Source: a virus
Strand: one strand, 5' to 3'
IMG/VR virus record: IMGVR_UViG_3300028920_000032
Location: 94,330-158,329 of that record
DNA length: 64,000 nucleotides
Below, piece by piece: positions 30,480 to 40,192 of the stretch (its first letter is position 1; each line of letters opens with the position of its first letter). The notes beneath the pieces are model-generated. The model did no database searches. It saw nothing but the letters and a program-made list of their open reading frames with translations, and was not told where the DNA came from. The position numbers and the translations under genes were made by a program.

Positions 30480-30827
30480 TTATCTCTCTTTTGTATATTC
30501 AATCATTAGGTTTTCTTCTCTCATAGCTTCATCAACCAATCTATCTATTTCACTTTTGTCCATAAGTCTTTTTGCTGTTTCTATCTTTAACCATATTTTA
30601 AATTTTTTATTGTTAACTAATCTTCTAAAAGCATTTTTTAGGTTCTGTTCTCTACTTCTTTCCTCTTGCCCTGTAACTATTATTCCGGTTTCCGAATGTT
30701 TGATTCGACAACAATTTTGATGTTTATTTCTATGTTGACCGCCAGCACCTTTACCGGAAAACCAAGTTATTTTAAGATCTTTTTTGGTTATTGAAAACAA
30801 CAGCTTTTTCATTCTTGTAATCCCCAT
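30480..30827 (-). CDS. Stand-alone GGQ peptide-release-factor domain (ArfB/PrfH-like)
   Basis: GKGAGGQHRNK, HSETGI, ERSREQN. Confidence 0.88.
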   Translation of the reverse strand: MGITRMKKLLFSITKKDLKITWFSGKGAGGQHRNKHQNCCRIKHSETGIIVTGQEERSREQNLKNAFRRLVNNKKFKIWLKIETAKRLMDKSEIDRLVDEAMREENLMIEYTKER

Positions 30828-30841
30828 TATAACTTCGAATC

Positions 30842-31207
30842 TTAAGATGATTCTGTTTTATCTATTAAACTATAATAGCTCATTTTTTTAAATAATTCTT
30901 TGCCTACTTCTTTTCCATATTCTTCTATAACTTGCTCACCAGTTACTCTATTAAATATATTGATTTTAATTTGTAATTGAATATTAAGTGGAAGTTTTGA
31001 AGTGTCTATGGTAAACATTAAAAAAGAACTCTGTAAGTCTGAAAGTAAAGCATCTGTGTCTGAAAAAAACTCTGCAACCTTAGTTCTCTCTAAAAAAACT
31101 TCACTTAGAGATCTAAGCACTTTACCCTGAAATAATTGGCCGTCGATAAATGTTTGTATTATATAACCATCTTCTTCAGTATAATTTTTTACTTTTTTCT
31201 TTCTCAT
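30842..31207 (-). CDS. Hypothetical protein
   Basis: ORF; AAAGATAA motif upstream. Confidence 0.5.
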   Translation of the reverse strand: MRKKKVKNYTEEDGYIIQTFIDGQLFQGKVLRSLSEVFLERTKVAEFFSDTDALLSDLQSSFLMFTIDTSKLPLNIQLQIKINIFNRVTGEQVIEEYGKEVGKELFKKMSYYSLIDKTESS

Positions 31208-31234
31208 AAATTTATAAGTTTATCTTTATGTATT

Positions 31235-32071
31235 TTAAAACAATCTACTAGCTTTTGAATTCCAACTTGTATATAAATGTCCATCTTCTTGGAAGATAAG
31301 GCTTCTTATGTCATCATTTTTATTAGAGTCTTGTACACAATAATTAAAATATGTAACTGAAAGATTATCTAAATCATATACTTGTGCACCATATGGAAGT
31401 GAACGTATTTTAAATCCACGATTATCTACTTCTTTCTTTAGCTCATCAATTAGACGAGAATAAAGCTCACTTATCACTGGTTGCAAAAGTCGTAATCTTT
31501 CTATTAGTTTCTTTTTAGGAACATGTAATGGTGCCACTATTTGTCTCAATGAAAACTGATCAATGTTTCCAGTCTGTTTCACAACTCTAAGAATCTTTTT
31601 AAAACTAATATCATCTGGTATAAGCCAAGATATATTTAGAGTAGCTCTTGTTGTTATATTTAAATCTTGTGCATGTTTAAACAATTCTTTAAAATCTTCA
31701 AAATCTTGTAAAGTATTAATTGAGATGGCTAAAACGTCTAGACCGTTATATTTTAAATTGTGTAGATATGATAGATTTTTACTTAAAACTATACCGTTTG
31801 TTTGCAATTCGATCGGGTAATAGTCAAAAGCTTTCATTATGATATCTAATGCATATGCATTTATTGTGGGCTCACCTTTACCAGTTATTAGTACTGATGT
31901 TACACCAGCTGTTTGAGCTATATGTTTCACTTTGTCAAAATTACGTTTCATATATTCAATATCAGATGTTTTCATATAGCCGGTCATTTTAGATACACAA
32001 AAATTTTGACATTTATCTTTCATGTCACAACCTTTAAAAGGTACACAAATTGTTAAGTTGTTAGCTTGCAT
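31235..32071 (-). CDS. Radical SAM protein
   Basis: C...C..FC motif, ITGKGEPT, LQTNG. Confidence 0.8.
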   Translation of the reverse strand: MQANNLTICVPFKGCDMKDKCQNFCVSKMTGYMKTSDIEYMKRNFDKVKHIAQTAGVTSVLITGKGEPTINAYALDIIMKAFDYYPIELQTNGIVLSKNLSYLHNLKYNGLDVLAISINTLQDFEDFKELFKHAQDLNITTRATLNISWLIPDDISFKKILRVVKQTGNIDQFSLRQIVAPLHVPKKKLIERLRLLQPVISELYSRLIDELKKEVDNRGFKIRSLPYGAQVYDLDNLSVTYFNYCVQDSNKNDDIRSLIFQEDGHLYTSWNSKASRLF

Positions 32072-32086
32072 ATAACTCCTTCCAAT

Positions 32087-32506
32087 TTATAACAATTTAT
32101 ATTCTTTTGTTAGTTTGTCTATTTTTTCAGAATCATCTGGGCCAATAGCAATACAAGTAGTTGTTCGATTTCCAGCAAATTCTGTAAATCCACTGTCTAC
32201 TATTACAGCATGTGGAATTTTTAAACATTGTGCTTTTTTAGCCAAATCATATATTTCATCTTCACTATCACAAGAGACAACTACTTTAGTAAATCCTTCA
32301 GTAATCCATTTTTGCATTTCATCAGTTGCTGGAAAAATATACCAATCAATATATTGTGAATCTTCATAATCTAAAGTAAGTCTTGACATCCTATCAACAA
32401 ATACTTTCAATGAAGCATGTGCAACTTGAGCTGCTACTTTTCCCTTACGCATGTTGAGATCTTTTCTTACAACAATAACTTGTTTAACTTTTGAAATATT
32501 ATTCAT
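32087..32506 (-). CDS. pth2: Peptidyl-tRNA hydrolase, Pth2 type
   Basis: KQVIVVRKDLNMRKGKVAAQVAHA, KVV, DSGFTE, IGP. Confidence 0.93.
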   Translation of the reverse strand: MNNISKVKQVIVVRKDLNMRKGKVAAQVAHASLKVFVDRMSRLTLDYEDSQYIDWYIFPATDEMQKWITEGFTKVVVSCDSEDEIYDLAKKAQCLKIPHAVIVDSGFTEFAGNRTTTCIAIGPDDSEKIDKLTKEYKLL

Positions 32507-32930
32507 CTTTTAACCTCTTATAAAATTTAAGATCTTCTTTGACTTTATTACATACTATAAATGGCATTATGGGATTTAAGTCCAGAAAAGTTGCAACATC
32601 TGTGGTCAATTCTTCATGTGCCCCTTGACCAAGTATTAATATCCATATAAAAAATCTATTCTTGTACCAAAATAATATTTCTTGACAGCCAGTTTTAATA
32701 AATTTAAATTGGAGACCATATTCATGCAAATAATTATGCACATCTTGAAATTCTTCAAGAGTAGTATTATATTCATTAGAACGATAAAAGACATCATCGC
32801 TATCTAAACTTTCTTTTTCAAAAAGTTCATTCATTACTTTATCAAAAAGCTCTTGAGTCATTCTACCATTTAAGCACAATACTTCTTTTTCAAAATCTTC
32901 TGGACTATAGTCCAGTAAAATATTAGCCAT
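32499..32930 (-). CDS. Hypothetical protein
   Basis: ORF. Confidence 0.55.
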   Translation of the reverse strand: MANILLDYSPEDFEKEVLCLNGRMTQELFDKVMNELFEKESLDSDDVFYRSNEYNTTLEEFQDVHNYLHEYGLQFKFIKTGCQEILFWYKNRFFIWILILGQGAHEELTTDVATFLDLNPIMPFIVCNKVKEDLKFYKRLKDE

Positions 32931-32936
32931 TTTTTC

Positions 32937-33254
32937 TTATTTCGTAGTTTCTGAATCTACTAATTTAAAAAATAGTCTATAATCATTGCCAAGTTTATAA
33001 GCAACAAAACCACCTGCTTCTAAACTTGAATAATTGTCCTTGCTAGTAATTAAGCCGTCTATAACTGCTTCAGCTCTTCTTCTTAATTGGCTTTCTAAGT
33101 CAGAATTCCATAAATCGAAACGCTCTCTTATTGGATAACTGCCATATATACATCTTACCAATCTTTTAAAATCAAACTTTTCAAGTAATTTGTCTTTTGT
33201 TTCTAGTAATAAATTCTTAGTTAGTTCTTTAGTTTCTTTTGACGATGTCATCAT
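32937..33254 (-). CDS. Hypothetical protein
   Basis: ORF with TKNLL motif. Confidence 0.5.
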   Translation of the reverse strand: MMTSSKETKELTKNLLLETKDKLLEKFDFKRLVRCIYGSYPIRERFDLWNSDLESQLRRRAEAVIDGLITSKDNYSSLEAGGFVAYKLGNDYRLFFKLVDSETTK

Positions 33255-33483
33255 CTAGACTCCCTTCTACTACATCTATCTTTTCAGTCTTTAAAGTTTC
33301 TTTTTCACTACCTGCTGCAGAATTAAATATAGTTTTAAGTGCAGTCATCATATTACTTACAATCGTTTTTATTGTATCTGGTACACCATCACTAGACATA
33401 GTTTCTTTTTCTAGTTCGTCAAGAACTTCTTGAACACTACTGACTTTTATATATTGTTCACCTTTTACATTCAAAAATTCCAT
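33229..33483 (-). CDS. Hypothetical protein
   Basis: ORF with RBS. Confidence 0.5.
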   Translation of the reverse strand: MEFLNVKGEQYIKVSSVQEVLDELEKETMSSDGVPDTIKTIVSNMMTALKTIFNSAAGSEKETLKTEKIDVVEGSLDDDIVKRN

Positions 33484-33491
33484 ATTACCTC

Positions 33492-33815
33492 CTATTCATC
33501 ACATTTTATATGCTGTTTTTTATTTTTATTTATATTTTCTTCTTCAAGACGATTAAAACCAACTGGTAGTTGTTTGAAAACAGATGCATCCATTTTAGTA
33601 AATGCAATATATTGCCTTAAACAAGCTAAAGCAAAACCTAAATGTTTTGAAGCTTCAATAGTAGCATTTCTAAATGTAGCAGCATCATGAGCTGGATTCT
33701 CCATAGGCGTACTGTTTATAGCTTGTATAAAAGCTTTTTCTATATCTGTTAAACTCATTGCAATTTCTTCAAGCAATGCTTCTTTGTTTTCAAAAATAAA
33801 ACCATCTTTTTCCAT
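33492..33815 (-). CDS. Hypothetical protein
   Basis: ORF with AAGGAG RBS. Confidence 0.55.
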   Translation of the reverse strand: MEKDGFIFENKEALLEEIAMSLTDIEKAFIQAINSTPMENPAHDAATFRNATIEASKHLGFALACLRQYIAFTKMDASVFKQLPVGFNRLEEENINKNKKQHIKCDE

Positions 33816-33834
33816 ATTGACTCCTTTTTATTTT

Positions 33835-34158
33835 TTAATTAGATTTTGGTGCCGTTGATTTTTTACGTCTAGTTCTTTTCTTTTTAGTTTTAGTTTTTGT
33901 AGCTTTAGCAGTGGCTTTAGCAGTGGCTTTAGCAGCTTTTTTAGGTACAACTGCCCAATTGTTAGCTTTACCAGAATGTTGATCAACTACTAATCCAACA
34001 TTGTACTTGTCAAGAAAACCTTTGCCGACTATAATTGCTCTTCCCTTTTTAGTTGTAATCTTTAAACCTTTGACTTCCCGTGTTGTTTCTTCTTTAATCT
34101 TGCTAACATATTCTATGCCTTCTTTTACTAGAATTGCATATATCTGCTCACTTTTCAT
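33835..34158 (-). CDS. Basic protein with KATA-repeat histone-like tail
   Basis: AAKATAKATAKATK...KKRTRRKK. Confidence 0.6.
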   Translation of the reverse strand: MKSEQIYAILVKEGIEYVSKIKEETTREVKGLKITTKKGRAIIVGKGFLDKYNVGLVVDQHSGKANNWAVVPKKAAKATAKATAKATKTKTKKKRTRRKKSTAPKSN

Positions 34159-34268
34159 AATAATACTCCTTATAAATAAAGAATGGACCTTGAGAGTGGT
34201 ATATTCAAAATATACTTATCCCAACTTTAAGTCCGAACACTTTACTCAAGATTTACCCATTCTTTATA

Positions 34269-34340
34269 AGCAGCTGATGAGAATCGAACTCACATCACAA
34301 CCTTGGCAAGGTCATATAATAACCATTATACGACAGCTGC
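34269..34340 (-). tRNA. tRNA-Gly(GCC)
   Basis: GCAGCTG/CAGCTGC, loop TTGCCAA. Confidence 0.88.
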
Positions 34341-34760
34341 AGAACTTGGCCAAATGTATTCTAAATCATTTGGCACATTTTTAAAATATTTCTTATAATA
34401 TTCTGGTTTCTTACGTAATAAATTAGATTGATGACTAATACAAAATTCCTTATTAATCCATTTTGGTTTCTTACATTTTTTACTAACTAATTTAATTAGT
34501 TGCTTGTAATGTAGTTCACATTTAGTATTATCACATTTAAGTGATAGCCATCTATCCATAACTTTACGTAAATAAACTCTAACTAAATAAGATTCATAAC
34601 CAAGCCACATTTTTGTAGCTGGATGATTTTTCCACCCACCAGATAAGCCCAATAATGCTCTTGCTATTTGAATAGCTTCAACGCGTTGTTTACCAAGTCT
34701 CTTTTTATCTAGACATTTAATAGATTTATTAATGTTTTTAAATGGAATAAATGTTTGCAT
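34326..34760 (-). CDS. Pyrimidine-dimer DNA glycosylase / MSMEG_6728-like protein
   Basis: MQTF.P, LD.KRLGKQRVE, W.NHPA..MW, SHQSNLLRK.P, Y.WP. Confidence 0.85.
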   Translation of the reverse strand: MQTFIPFKNINKSIKCLDKKRLGKQRVEAIQIARALLGLSGGWKNHPATKMWLGYESYLVRVYLRKVMDRWLSLKCDNTKCELHYKQLIKLVSKKCKKPKWINKEFCISHQSNLLRKKPEYYKKYFKNVPNDLEYIWPSSAAVV

Positions 34761-34765
34761 ATAAA

Positions 34766-34927
34766 TCAATTATGCTTCTTCTTAAATTCAAAGAGTGGAC
34801 AAAGTCTATTTGGTGGCTCTGATTTTTTCCAACACCAACGAATGTTCGTTAAAGCAATATTAAAATATTTACATTCTATGCACCGAAGATTTTTAAGTAA
34901 TGCCTTAGTATAATCTTTATTTATCAT
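34766..34927 (-). CDS. TKxLL-CxxC family protein (53 aa, below cutoff)
   Basis: TKALLKNLRCIEC...C...LCPLF. Confidence 0.55.
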   Translation of the reverse strand: MINKDYTKALLKNLRCIECKYFNIALTNIRWCWKKSEPPNRLCPLFEFKKKHN

Positions 34928-35388
34928 TGTTGTTTAATTTCTGCTAAATTAGCTAATCTTTTTACAGAATCAATACCTTTAAGGCAGGCATTCTTGCTTG
35001 AATAACCTTCAGATGAAACTAATATTTCACCATTCGGAGCTACCAATTTAAAACGCCATTCACCTGCCTTATCTTTATAATAAACATATTTTCCATTTCT
35101 GTGTTTTATTTCCATATCTTCCTCTTTTATTTCGCAAGCAGCCATAACTAAAATCGGCCAATTATTGTCATAATCTTGATCAGTAAATTCTCTGCAATAA
35201 CCAGTTCTTCTCATAAAATTACGTACTGCCATTCCTTCTAATAGATGTACAGAATAAATAATGTTGTCTTTGCGATATACTGGTGACACTGTATGATATT
35301 TTTTATACCAATCTTTAAATTGCTTAATGCCATCTTCGCCGAGAAATTCTCTAGTTAGTTCAATTAGTTTTTGTGGTATTTGACTCAT
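34924..35388 (-). CDS. Protein with C-terminal YegP/DUF1508 domain
   Basis: YKDKAGEWRFKLVAPNGEILVSSEGYSSK.ACLKGIDSVK. Confidence 0.8.
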   Translation of the reverse strand: MSQIPQKLIELTREFLGEDGIKQFKDWYKKYHTVSPVYRKDNIIYSVHLLEGMAVRNFMRRTGYCREFTDQDYDNNWPILVMAACEIKEEDMEIKHRNGKYVYYKDKAGEWRFKLVAPNGEILVSSEGYSSKNACLKGIDSVKRLANLAEIKQQ

Positions 35389-35697
35389 GCTTCAAATTCC
35401 TTTCACACTTATTTAATAATTTATTAATTGCTGCTCTATCTTCGTCTATTTCAGTTTGAATTTCTCTTCTTTTTCTAGCTCGATAAATCATATTTACTAT
35501 CATATTATTTTTCTTTTAAATTCCACCCAAAAGCTTTTGCTATTAAGTCTCTCATAACTTTTTTCTTTTCTAAATTCTTTTCACACTTTCTTAAAAGTTT
35601 ATCTATAGATTTTTGATCTTCATTTATTTCTTTTTGTTCAGTAGTAAGAGGTGGTCTTATAGGAATTGATGGTTCATATTTAGCATAATAATAAAAT

Positions 35698-36528
35698 TTA
35701 TTCATTACAATTTATCTCCAATATTTCAACTGAAGATTTTTTAATTTTATTTTCATTTCTATAATTAAAAGTTATATAACCATTCTTACTAGAATAAATT
35801 TTTTGTTTGAAAATCTGTTTCAAAATTTTGTTACCAATTTTTATTTTTGCTTCTATAGAATTTATATCTTTATCAGAATTATTGTCTACTTTTATAACAA
35901 TTAAATTTATTCCACTTTTATAAAATACATTTTCCAACCTTTCGTCAACCTCTTCAATTCGTGGAGAACTCTTTTGTTGAATCTTTAATTGTTTAGCTTT
36001 TGCTTCTTCGTGTTTAGGTGTTTTTCCAATTTTTAATGCATCATATTTTAATTGATCTTTTCTAGTCCATATTGCATGACCTAAAGTTGCTTCTTCATGT
36101 TTAATTTTTAATCTATAATAATCTTTTGTAGTTTTATTGTCTAATTTAGATAATAATGTTTTTGCTAAATCAAGATTATTATCGTTGATAGCGTCTTCTA
36201 TTTTATATGAAGCAACAATATGAGAAGTTTCTTGTGAACCTAATCCATATGCGCTTTTAATACCAAACAGTCCAGTACCCAGAGCTAATGCTAATGCTAA
36301 AACAAATATACTTTTTGTATTCTTGGCTTCGTGAATTATAAAGTTCCCAGTTTTTAATATGTTTAAAACTTGATTTTTTATTTCAGGATTTTTATCTAAA
36401 AAATCTGATAATGTTTCTTTACTTTTCAAAATTTTAGATAATTTATTTTTTATCTTAGGATTTTGATTTAATAGAGACATAATATCATTATTCATCTCAT
36501 AATGCTCTAAAAACGATCGAAGTTGCAT
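35698..36528 (-). CDS. Hypothetical protein with hydrophobic segment, possible virion internal protein
   Basis: MQLRSFLE N-terminus, IIHEA then hydrophobic stretch. Confidence 0.55.
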   Translation of the reverse strand: MQLRSFLEHYEMNNDIMSLLNQNPKIKNKLSKILKSKETLSDFLDKNPEIKNQVLNILKTGNFIIHEAKNTKSIFVLALALALGTGLFGIKSAYGLGSQETSHIVASYKIEDAINDNNLDLAKTLLSKLDNKTTKDYYRLKIKHEEATLGHAIWTRKDQLKYDALKIGKTPKHEEAKAKQLKIQQKSSPRIEEVDERLENVFYKSGINLIVIKVDNNSDKDINSIEAKIKIGNKILKQIFKQKIYSSKNGYITFNYRNENKIKKSSVEILEINCNE

Positions 36529-36679
36529 TATAAATTACCTCTTTTCTCATTTAAGATCTCAAGAATTCTTTTCTTTCTTATATTATACTCACACTTATCA
36601 AGCAACTTTTTCATAGATTTTTGATCTTCTGATAAAATTTCTCTCCAAAGCGTATTAGCAAATTCAGTAAAATTCATAA

Positions 36680-36759
36680 TAGCAGAGCCCAGGAGTCGAA
36701 CCTGGTATCGCCGGGATATGAGCCCGGAATGGTTTATATGTCCGTTCCACTCGCCTGCG
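36680..36759 (-). tRNA. tRNA-fMet(CAT)-like, irregular acceptor stem and D-loop
   Basis: C1:T72 mismatch, CCGGG-CTCATAT-CCCGG with three G-C pairs. Confidence 0.7.
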
Positions 36760-36876
36760 TCGATTAGAGTAATTTCCTATTTTGTCATGGTTGGCTTACT
36801 CTTTTTGATGTACTCACCGCCAATTTTTATAGTAGACCTGTTGTACTATAAAAGACTATCGTTTAGCCAGGTCATA

Positions 36877-36950
36877 TACCAGGAGACGGATTCGAACCGT
36901 CGATCTTTGCCTTATGAGAGCACTGCCTTAGCCAACTTGGCCACCCTGGT
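36877..36950 (-). tRNA. tRNA-Met(CAT), elongator or Ile2
   Basis: ACCAGGG/TCCTGGT, loop CTCATAA. Confidence 0.82.
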
Positions 36951-37172
36951 TTGTCTTAATTAAATATGCTCAATTCCTTCAAAAAAGAATTTGATAACAT
37001 CATGCGGATCATCAGTTAACTGATCATCCCAAATATTATCTTGAAATCCAATTGTTATTTTAGAATTAGTATCCATTGTCTGTTTCATATATGCTACAAA
37101 TAAATATTCCCCAAGAATATTCAAATATATTTTCATCCTCATAAGGATCAGCTTCTGTCCATAGCCAAAAAT

Positions 37173-37499
37173 TCATTCTATACCTTCATTAAATAAATAA
37201 GAGTGTGTTCCAGTAGCAATTAAATACACTCTTTTCTCACTATCATCAACTTTATATATCAAAACCCAATCTCCAGTTATATGAGCATCACTATAACCTT
37301 TCCTTGCATATTCTCCACTAATCATCTTTTTATGTTTTCTAACTGCATAAATAGGTGGTATTTTCCCATCATTCTTAGCAAATAAATCAATTAATATTTT
37401 AAGTTTCTTAGTAAGCTTTAAAACAGTATGTTTGTTTTTACCTTTAAGAAATCTTTTTAAATCTTTTTTAAATCGTGGAGTATCATATATTTTATACAT
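37173..37499 (-). CDS. YafQ/RelE-family mRNA interferase toxin
   Basis: T.RFKKDLKR, DAHITGDWVLIYKV, ATGTHSYLF. Confidence 0.85.
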   Translation of the reverse strand: MYKIYDTPRFKKDLKRFLKGKNKHTVLKLTKKLKILIDLFAKNDGKIPPIYAVRKHKKMISGEYARKGYSDAHITGDWVLIYKVDDSEKRVYLIATGTHSYLFNEGIE

Positions 37500-37668
37500 C
37501 TTCTGGAAATAGTTCTTCAACTACTTTATTAAAGTAATCTGGACCGACCTCATTACAAATATGGTTTGAAATATCTTCTTCTGCTTCTTCAAATATTTCA
37601 TCATTATATAATTCATTTCTGAGTAATGCTTCATCTGGAATCATCCCCATGACATCATTAAAATTCAT
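37492..37668 (-). CDS. Acidic 58-aa protein, candidate antitoxin (below cutoff)
   Basis: GGAG RBS, MNFNDVMG...IFEEAEEDI...VEELFPEDV; overlaps the toxin start. Confidence 0.55.
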   Translation of the reverse strand: MNFNDVMGMIPDEALLRNELYNDEIFEEAEEDISNHICNEVGPDYFNKVVEELFPEDV

Positions 37669-37897
37669 ATATTCTCCCTTCTAATAAATTATATTATTTC
37701 TTCGATACTTTGAAAATATGTTTAATAAGATCATATTTATTATCATATAAAGATTTATTAATATATTCTTTATGTACTACTCTGCCAACTGGAAAATAAA
37801 AATTACTATTAGATGCAATAGTTATAAACAAATCTTTATCTTTTCTTTGTCTAAATATAGCAAAAAATCTACCGTCGAAAAAATATACTATTTTCAT

Positions 37898-38554
37898 TTA
37901 CCTTTTATACCATCTAGCTTTTTCATCAAAACCTTCAATGTCTATTACTACTTCATTTTCTATTGCTTCGGGATTTGACCACATTCCGCGGCCATTTATA
38001 ATTGCTTCAGCTTGCCATTCTAAGAATAACTCAGGAAACTCAAATTCATAATTCCAATACACAAAAGCGTTTCCTGACCTAAGTAATTCTTCCTGCCAGA
38101 AAACCCATTGTTTCCCATTCCAATACCACACATATGCTAGTAACCGACCAAATGGGCCAGTAATCTCACCTTCAAAATCTAATTTAACTATAGTTCCAGG
38201 CTTTAAAACAGACTTGGCATATTCACTAGCTTCAGGGCCCCAAAATTGAACTTTCTTTCTATGATCTTTTGTTTCTGGAGTGTCTATGCCCTTTACTCTA
38301 ACTCCCATTTTCTTTTCACTATAAAAATCAATATAAAATGTATCACCATCTGCTATCCTTATAATTTTACCATACCAATCTGGCATATCACTTGTATAAT
38401 ATTCAAAATCAATTTTTAATCCAACTTGTTGATCTGGTAGTACTAATTGTTTTTTTGTTGTTTTATGTCCACATGCTGTTGGTAAAGCTAAACTAACGAA
38501 TGCTAAAAAAAGTGTCCATGCAACAGCTATTAAAATACCTTGCCATTTTTTCAT
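37898..38554 (-). CDS. Thermonuclease (SNase) family, membrane-anchored or lipoprotein
   Basis: DGDT, RVKGIDTPE, GRLLAYV, G.A motifs. Confidence 0.9.
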   Translation of the reverse strand: MKKWQGILIAVAWTLFLAFVSLALPTACGHKTTKKQLVLPDQQVGLKIDFEYYTSDMPDWYGKIIRIADGDTFYIDFYSEKKMGVRVKGIDTPETKDHRKKVQFWGPEASEYAKSVLKPGTIVKLDFEGEITGPFGRLLAYVWYWNGKQWVFWQEELLRSGNAFVYWNYEFEFPELFLEWQAEAIINGRGMWSNPEAIENEVVIDIEGFDEKARWYKR

Positions 38555-38563
38555 ATTAACCTC

Positions 38564-38851
38564 CTATCTAAGTGCTGGATAATATAATTTATAATGATAA
38601 TCAAAAATTTTATTAATTATTAATCTTTCGTCGACAGGTTGACAATGTTGAAGTAAATCTGCTTCTTTAGTTATCTTCAATGATTCCGAATCTTCTACAT
38701 CATACAACCATTTAAATCCTTTGTTGCCAAAATGTCGAAAAACTAATTTCATATAGATGTATTCATCATCAACTCTAGTTACTTTATAAACTCTCCAATC
38801 GTACCATCCTATATCCCAAATAATTAAATAATTCTTTTTATATTGCATCAT
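38564..38851 (-). CDS. Hypothetical protein, paralog of 38875..39177
   Basis: WDIG...W....KV...KIFDY.YK.Y.P. Confidence 0.6.
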   Translation of the reverse strand: MMQYKKNYLIIWDIGWYDWRVYKVTRVDDEYIYMKLVFRHFGNKGFKWLYDVEDSESLKITKEADLLQHCQPVDERLIINKIFDYHYKLYYPALR

Positions 38852-38874
38852 ATCAACTATCTTGTCTTTTACTG

Positions 38875-39177
38875 TTAACGTCTAAGATTTGCTGGATGAT
38901 ATATTTTGTAATTATAATCAAATATCTTTTGTAAAATATCATGTTTAGTTATAACTTCTCCATTTTGAATAAGAGCCAGCTGCTCATCATATTTTTGGAT
39001 ATGTTTTTTGCTTGGATCAAAAAATGACCATTCCTTTTCAACTGACATATTAGCAATATTTATTACATCTAAAGCATCTGAATACACTTTAAATATTTTT
39101 ATTATTTGCCAACCACCATGTTCACCAACATCCCAAACGAGAAAATCACCTTTTTTTACTTTTTTTAAATCAACCAT
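38875..39177 (-). CDS. Hypothetical protein, paralog of 38564..38851
   Basis: WDVG...W...KI...KIFDYNYKIYHP. Confidence 0.6.
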   Translation of the reverse strand: MVDLKKVKKGDFLVWDVGEHGGWQIIKIFKVYSDALDVINIANMSVEKEWSFFDPSKKHIQKYDEQLALIQNGEVITKHDILQKIFDYNYKIYHPANLRR

Positions 39178-39199
39178 TTTGTATCACCAAATTTTATAG

Positions 39200-39272
39200 T
39201 CCTCATGGGATGAGTTGAACATCCGTTTCTTGTTTATCAGACAAGCGTCTTAAACCGTTAGACGACACGAGG
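39200..39272 (-). tRNA. tRNA-Ile(GAT)
   Basis: CCTCGTG/CATGAGG, CTTGT-CTGATAA-ACAAG. Confidence 0.85.
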
Positions 39273-39278
39273 ATGAAG

Positions 39279-39656
39279 TTAAGAAAAATTACATTTAACA
39301 TTATTATCTTTAAAATTAAAAGTTATTACAAATTTAAAACGTTTCTTTTGCATTTGTCTACCATCTTCTGGGTCAAATTTACATATGGCTTCCCCAAATA
39401 TATTTTTTTTCTCTGTTCTAATATACTTTTGAGTTTTTATATGTTTCATTGAAGCATATAAAGATGCATATCTTTCAACTGCCTTTTTTATTATAAAGTC
39501 AGTTATTATGAACAATACATCATTTTTAGTAGGAATCTTTATATTTGTATAATGAAAAATATATTTAAAAATAAACAATTTACAATAATCTAAATGTCGT
39601 TTATTTATTTTCTGAATTAAATAATCTGTTACTTCCTTTATATTTATAGTTATCAT
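39279..39656 (-). CDS. Hypothetical protein
   Basis: ORF with RBS. Confidence 0.5.
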   Translation of the reverse strand: MITINIKEVTDYLIQKINKRHLDYCKLFIFKYIFHYTNIKIPTKNDVLFIITDFIIKKAVERYASLYASMKHIKTQKYIRTEKKNIFGEAICKFDPEDGRQMQKKRFKFVITFNFKDNNVKCNFS

Positions 39657-39672
39657 TAACCATCCTTAAAAA

Positions 39673-39743
39673 AGCAGAATAGGAGAATCGAACTCCTCTC
39701 ATGAGATTGGAAATCTCACGCCTTACCACTAGGCTAATCCTGC
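39673..39743 (-). tRNA. tRNA-Gly(TCC)
   Basis: GCAGGAT/ATTCTGC, TGAGA-TTTCCAA-TCTCA. Confidence 0.88.
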
Positions 39744-39747
39744 ATAA

Positions 39748-39814
39748 TAGCCGGATTTGAACCCCCGACGCCTAGCTTGTAGGGCTAGCGCTCTTCGCAC
39801 TGAGCTATGCGGCT
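39748..39814 (-). pseudogene. tRNA-Val(TAC) pseudogene, ~6-nt deletion at the T-stem/acceptor junction
   Basis: AGCCGCA..GCTC/GAGC..CTAGC-CCTACAA-GCTAG..GGGGGTTCAAATCC then GGCTA. Confidence 0.7.
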
Positions 39815-40042
39815 TCAATCAAACATAATAGCAGCAGTGTCTGAATCATCATCTTGCTCGTCTACTACAACATTACTCTGTTGTTTATTATATGCTGTTA
39901 TGCCATTTATTTTATTTTGCATTATCTGCAATAAAAGTTTTGCAGTATGAAAGCTCATATCATTAGTCAACATAGGATATGTATTTTCAACTTTATCTAA
40001 AAAGTGTAATACATCGGCTATATCTTGTACATTAATAACCAT
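39815..40042 (-). CDS. Hypothetical protein
   Basis: AAGGAG RBS before MVINVQ; ends AAIMFD, echoed by AAIMFGD in 41538..41753. Confidence 0.55.
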   Translation of the reverse strand: MVINVQDIADVLHFLDKVENTYPMLTNDMSFHTAKLLLQIMQNKINGITAYNKQQSNVVVDEQDDDSDTAAIMFD

Positions 40043-40117
40043 AATAGTACTCCTTTTAATTAGCTTTCGTAAAAACATATTCTTGTTCTGAGAAAATAAT
40101 ATAATAGCTATAATTTT

Positions 40118-40192
40118 TGCCGCCGAGTGGATTCGAACCACCCCCATCTTGGTTCTAAGCCAAGCGACTCCTTCCAGCTGGTCTACGACGGC
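40118..40192 (-). tRNA. tRNA-Leu(TAG), short variable arm
   Basis: GCCGTCG/CGGCGGC, CTTGG-CTTAGAA-CCAAG. Confidence 0.85.
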
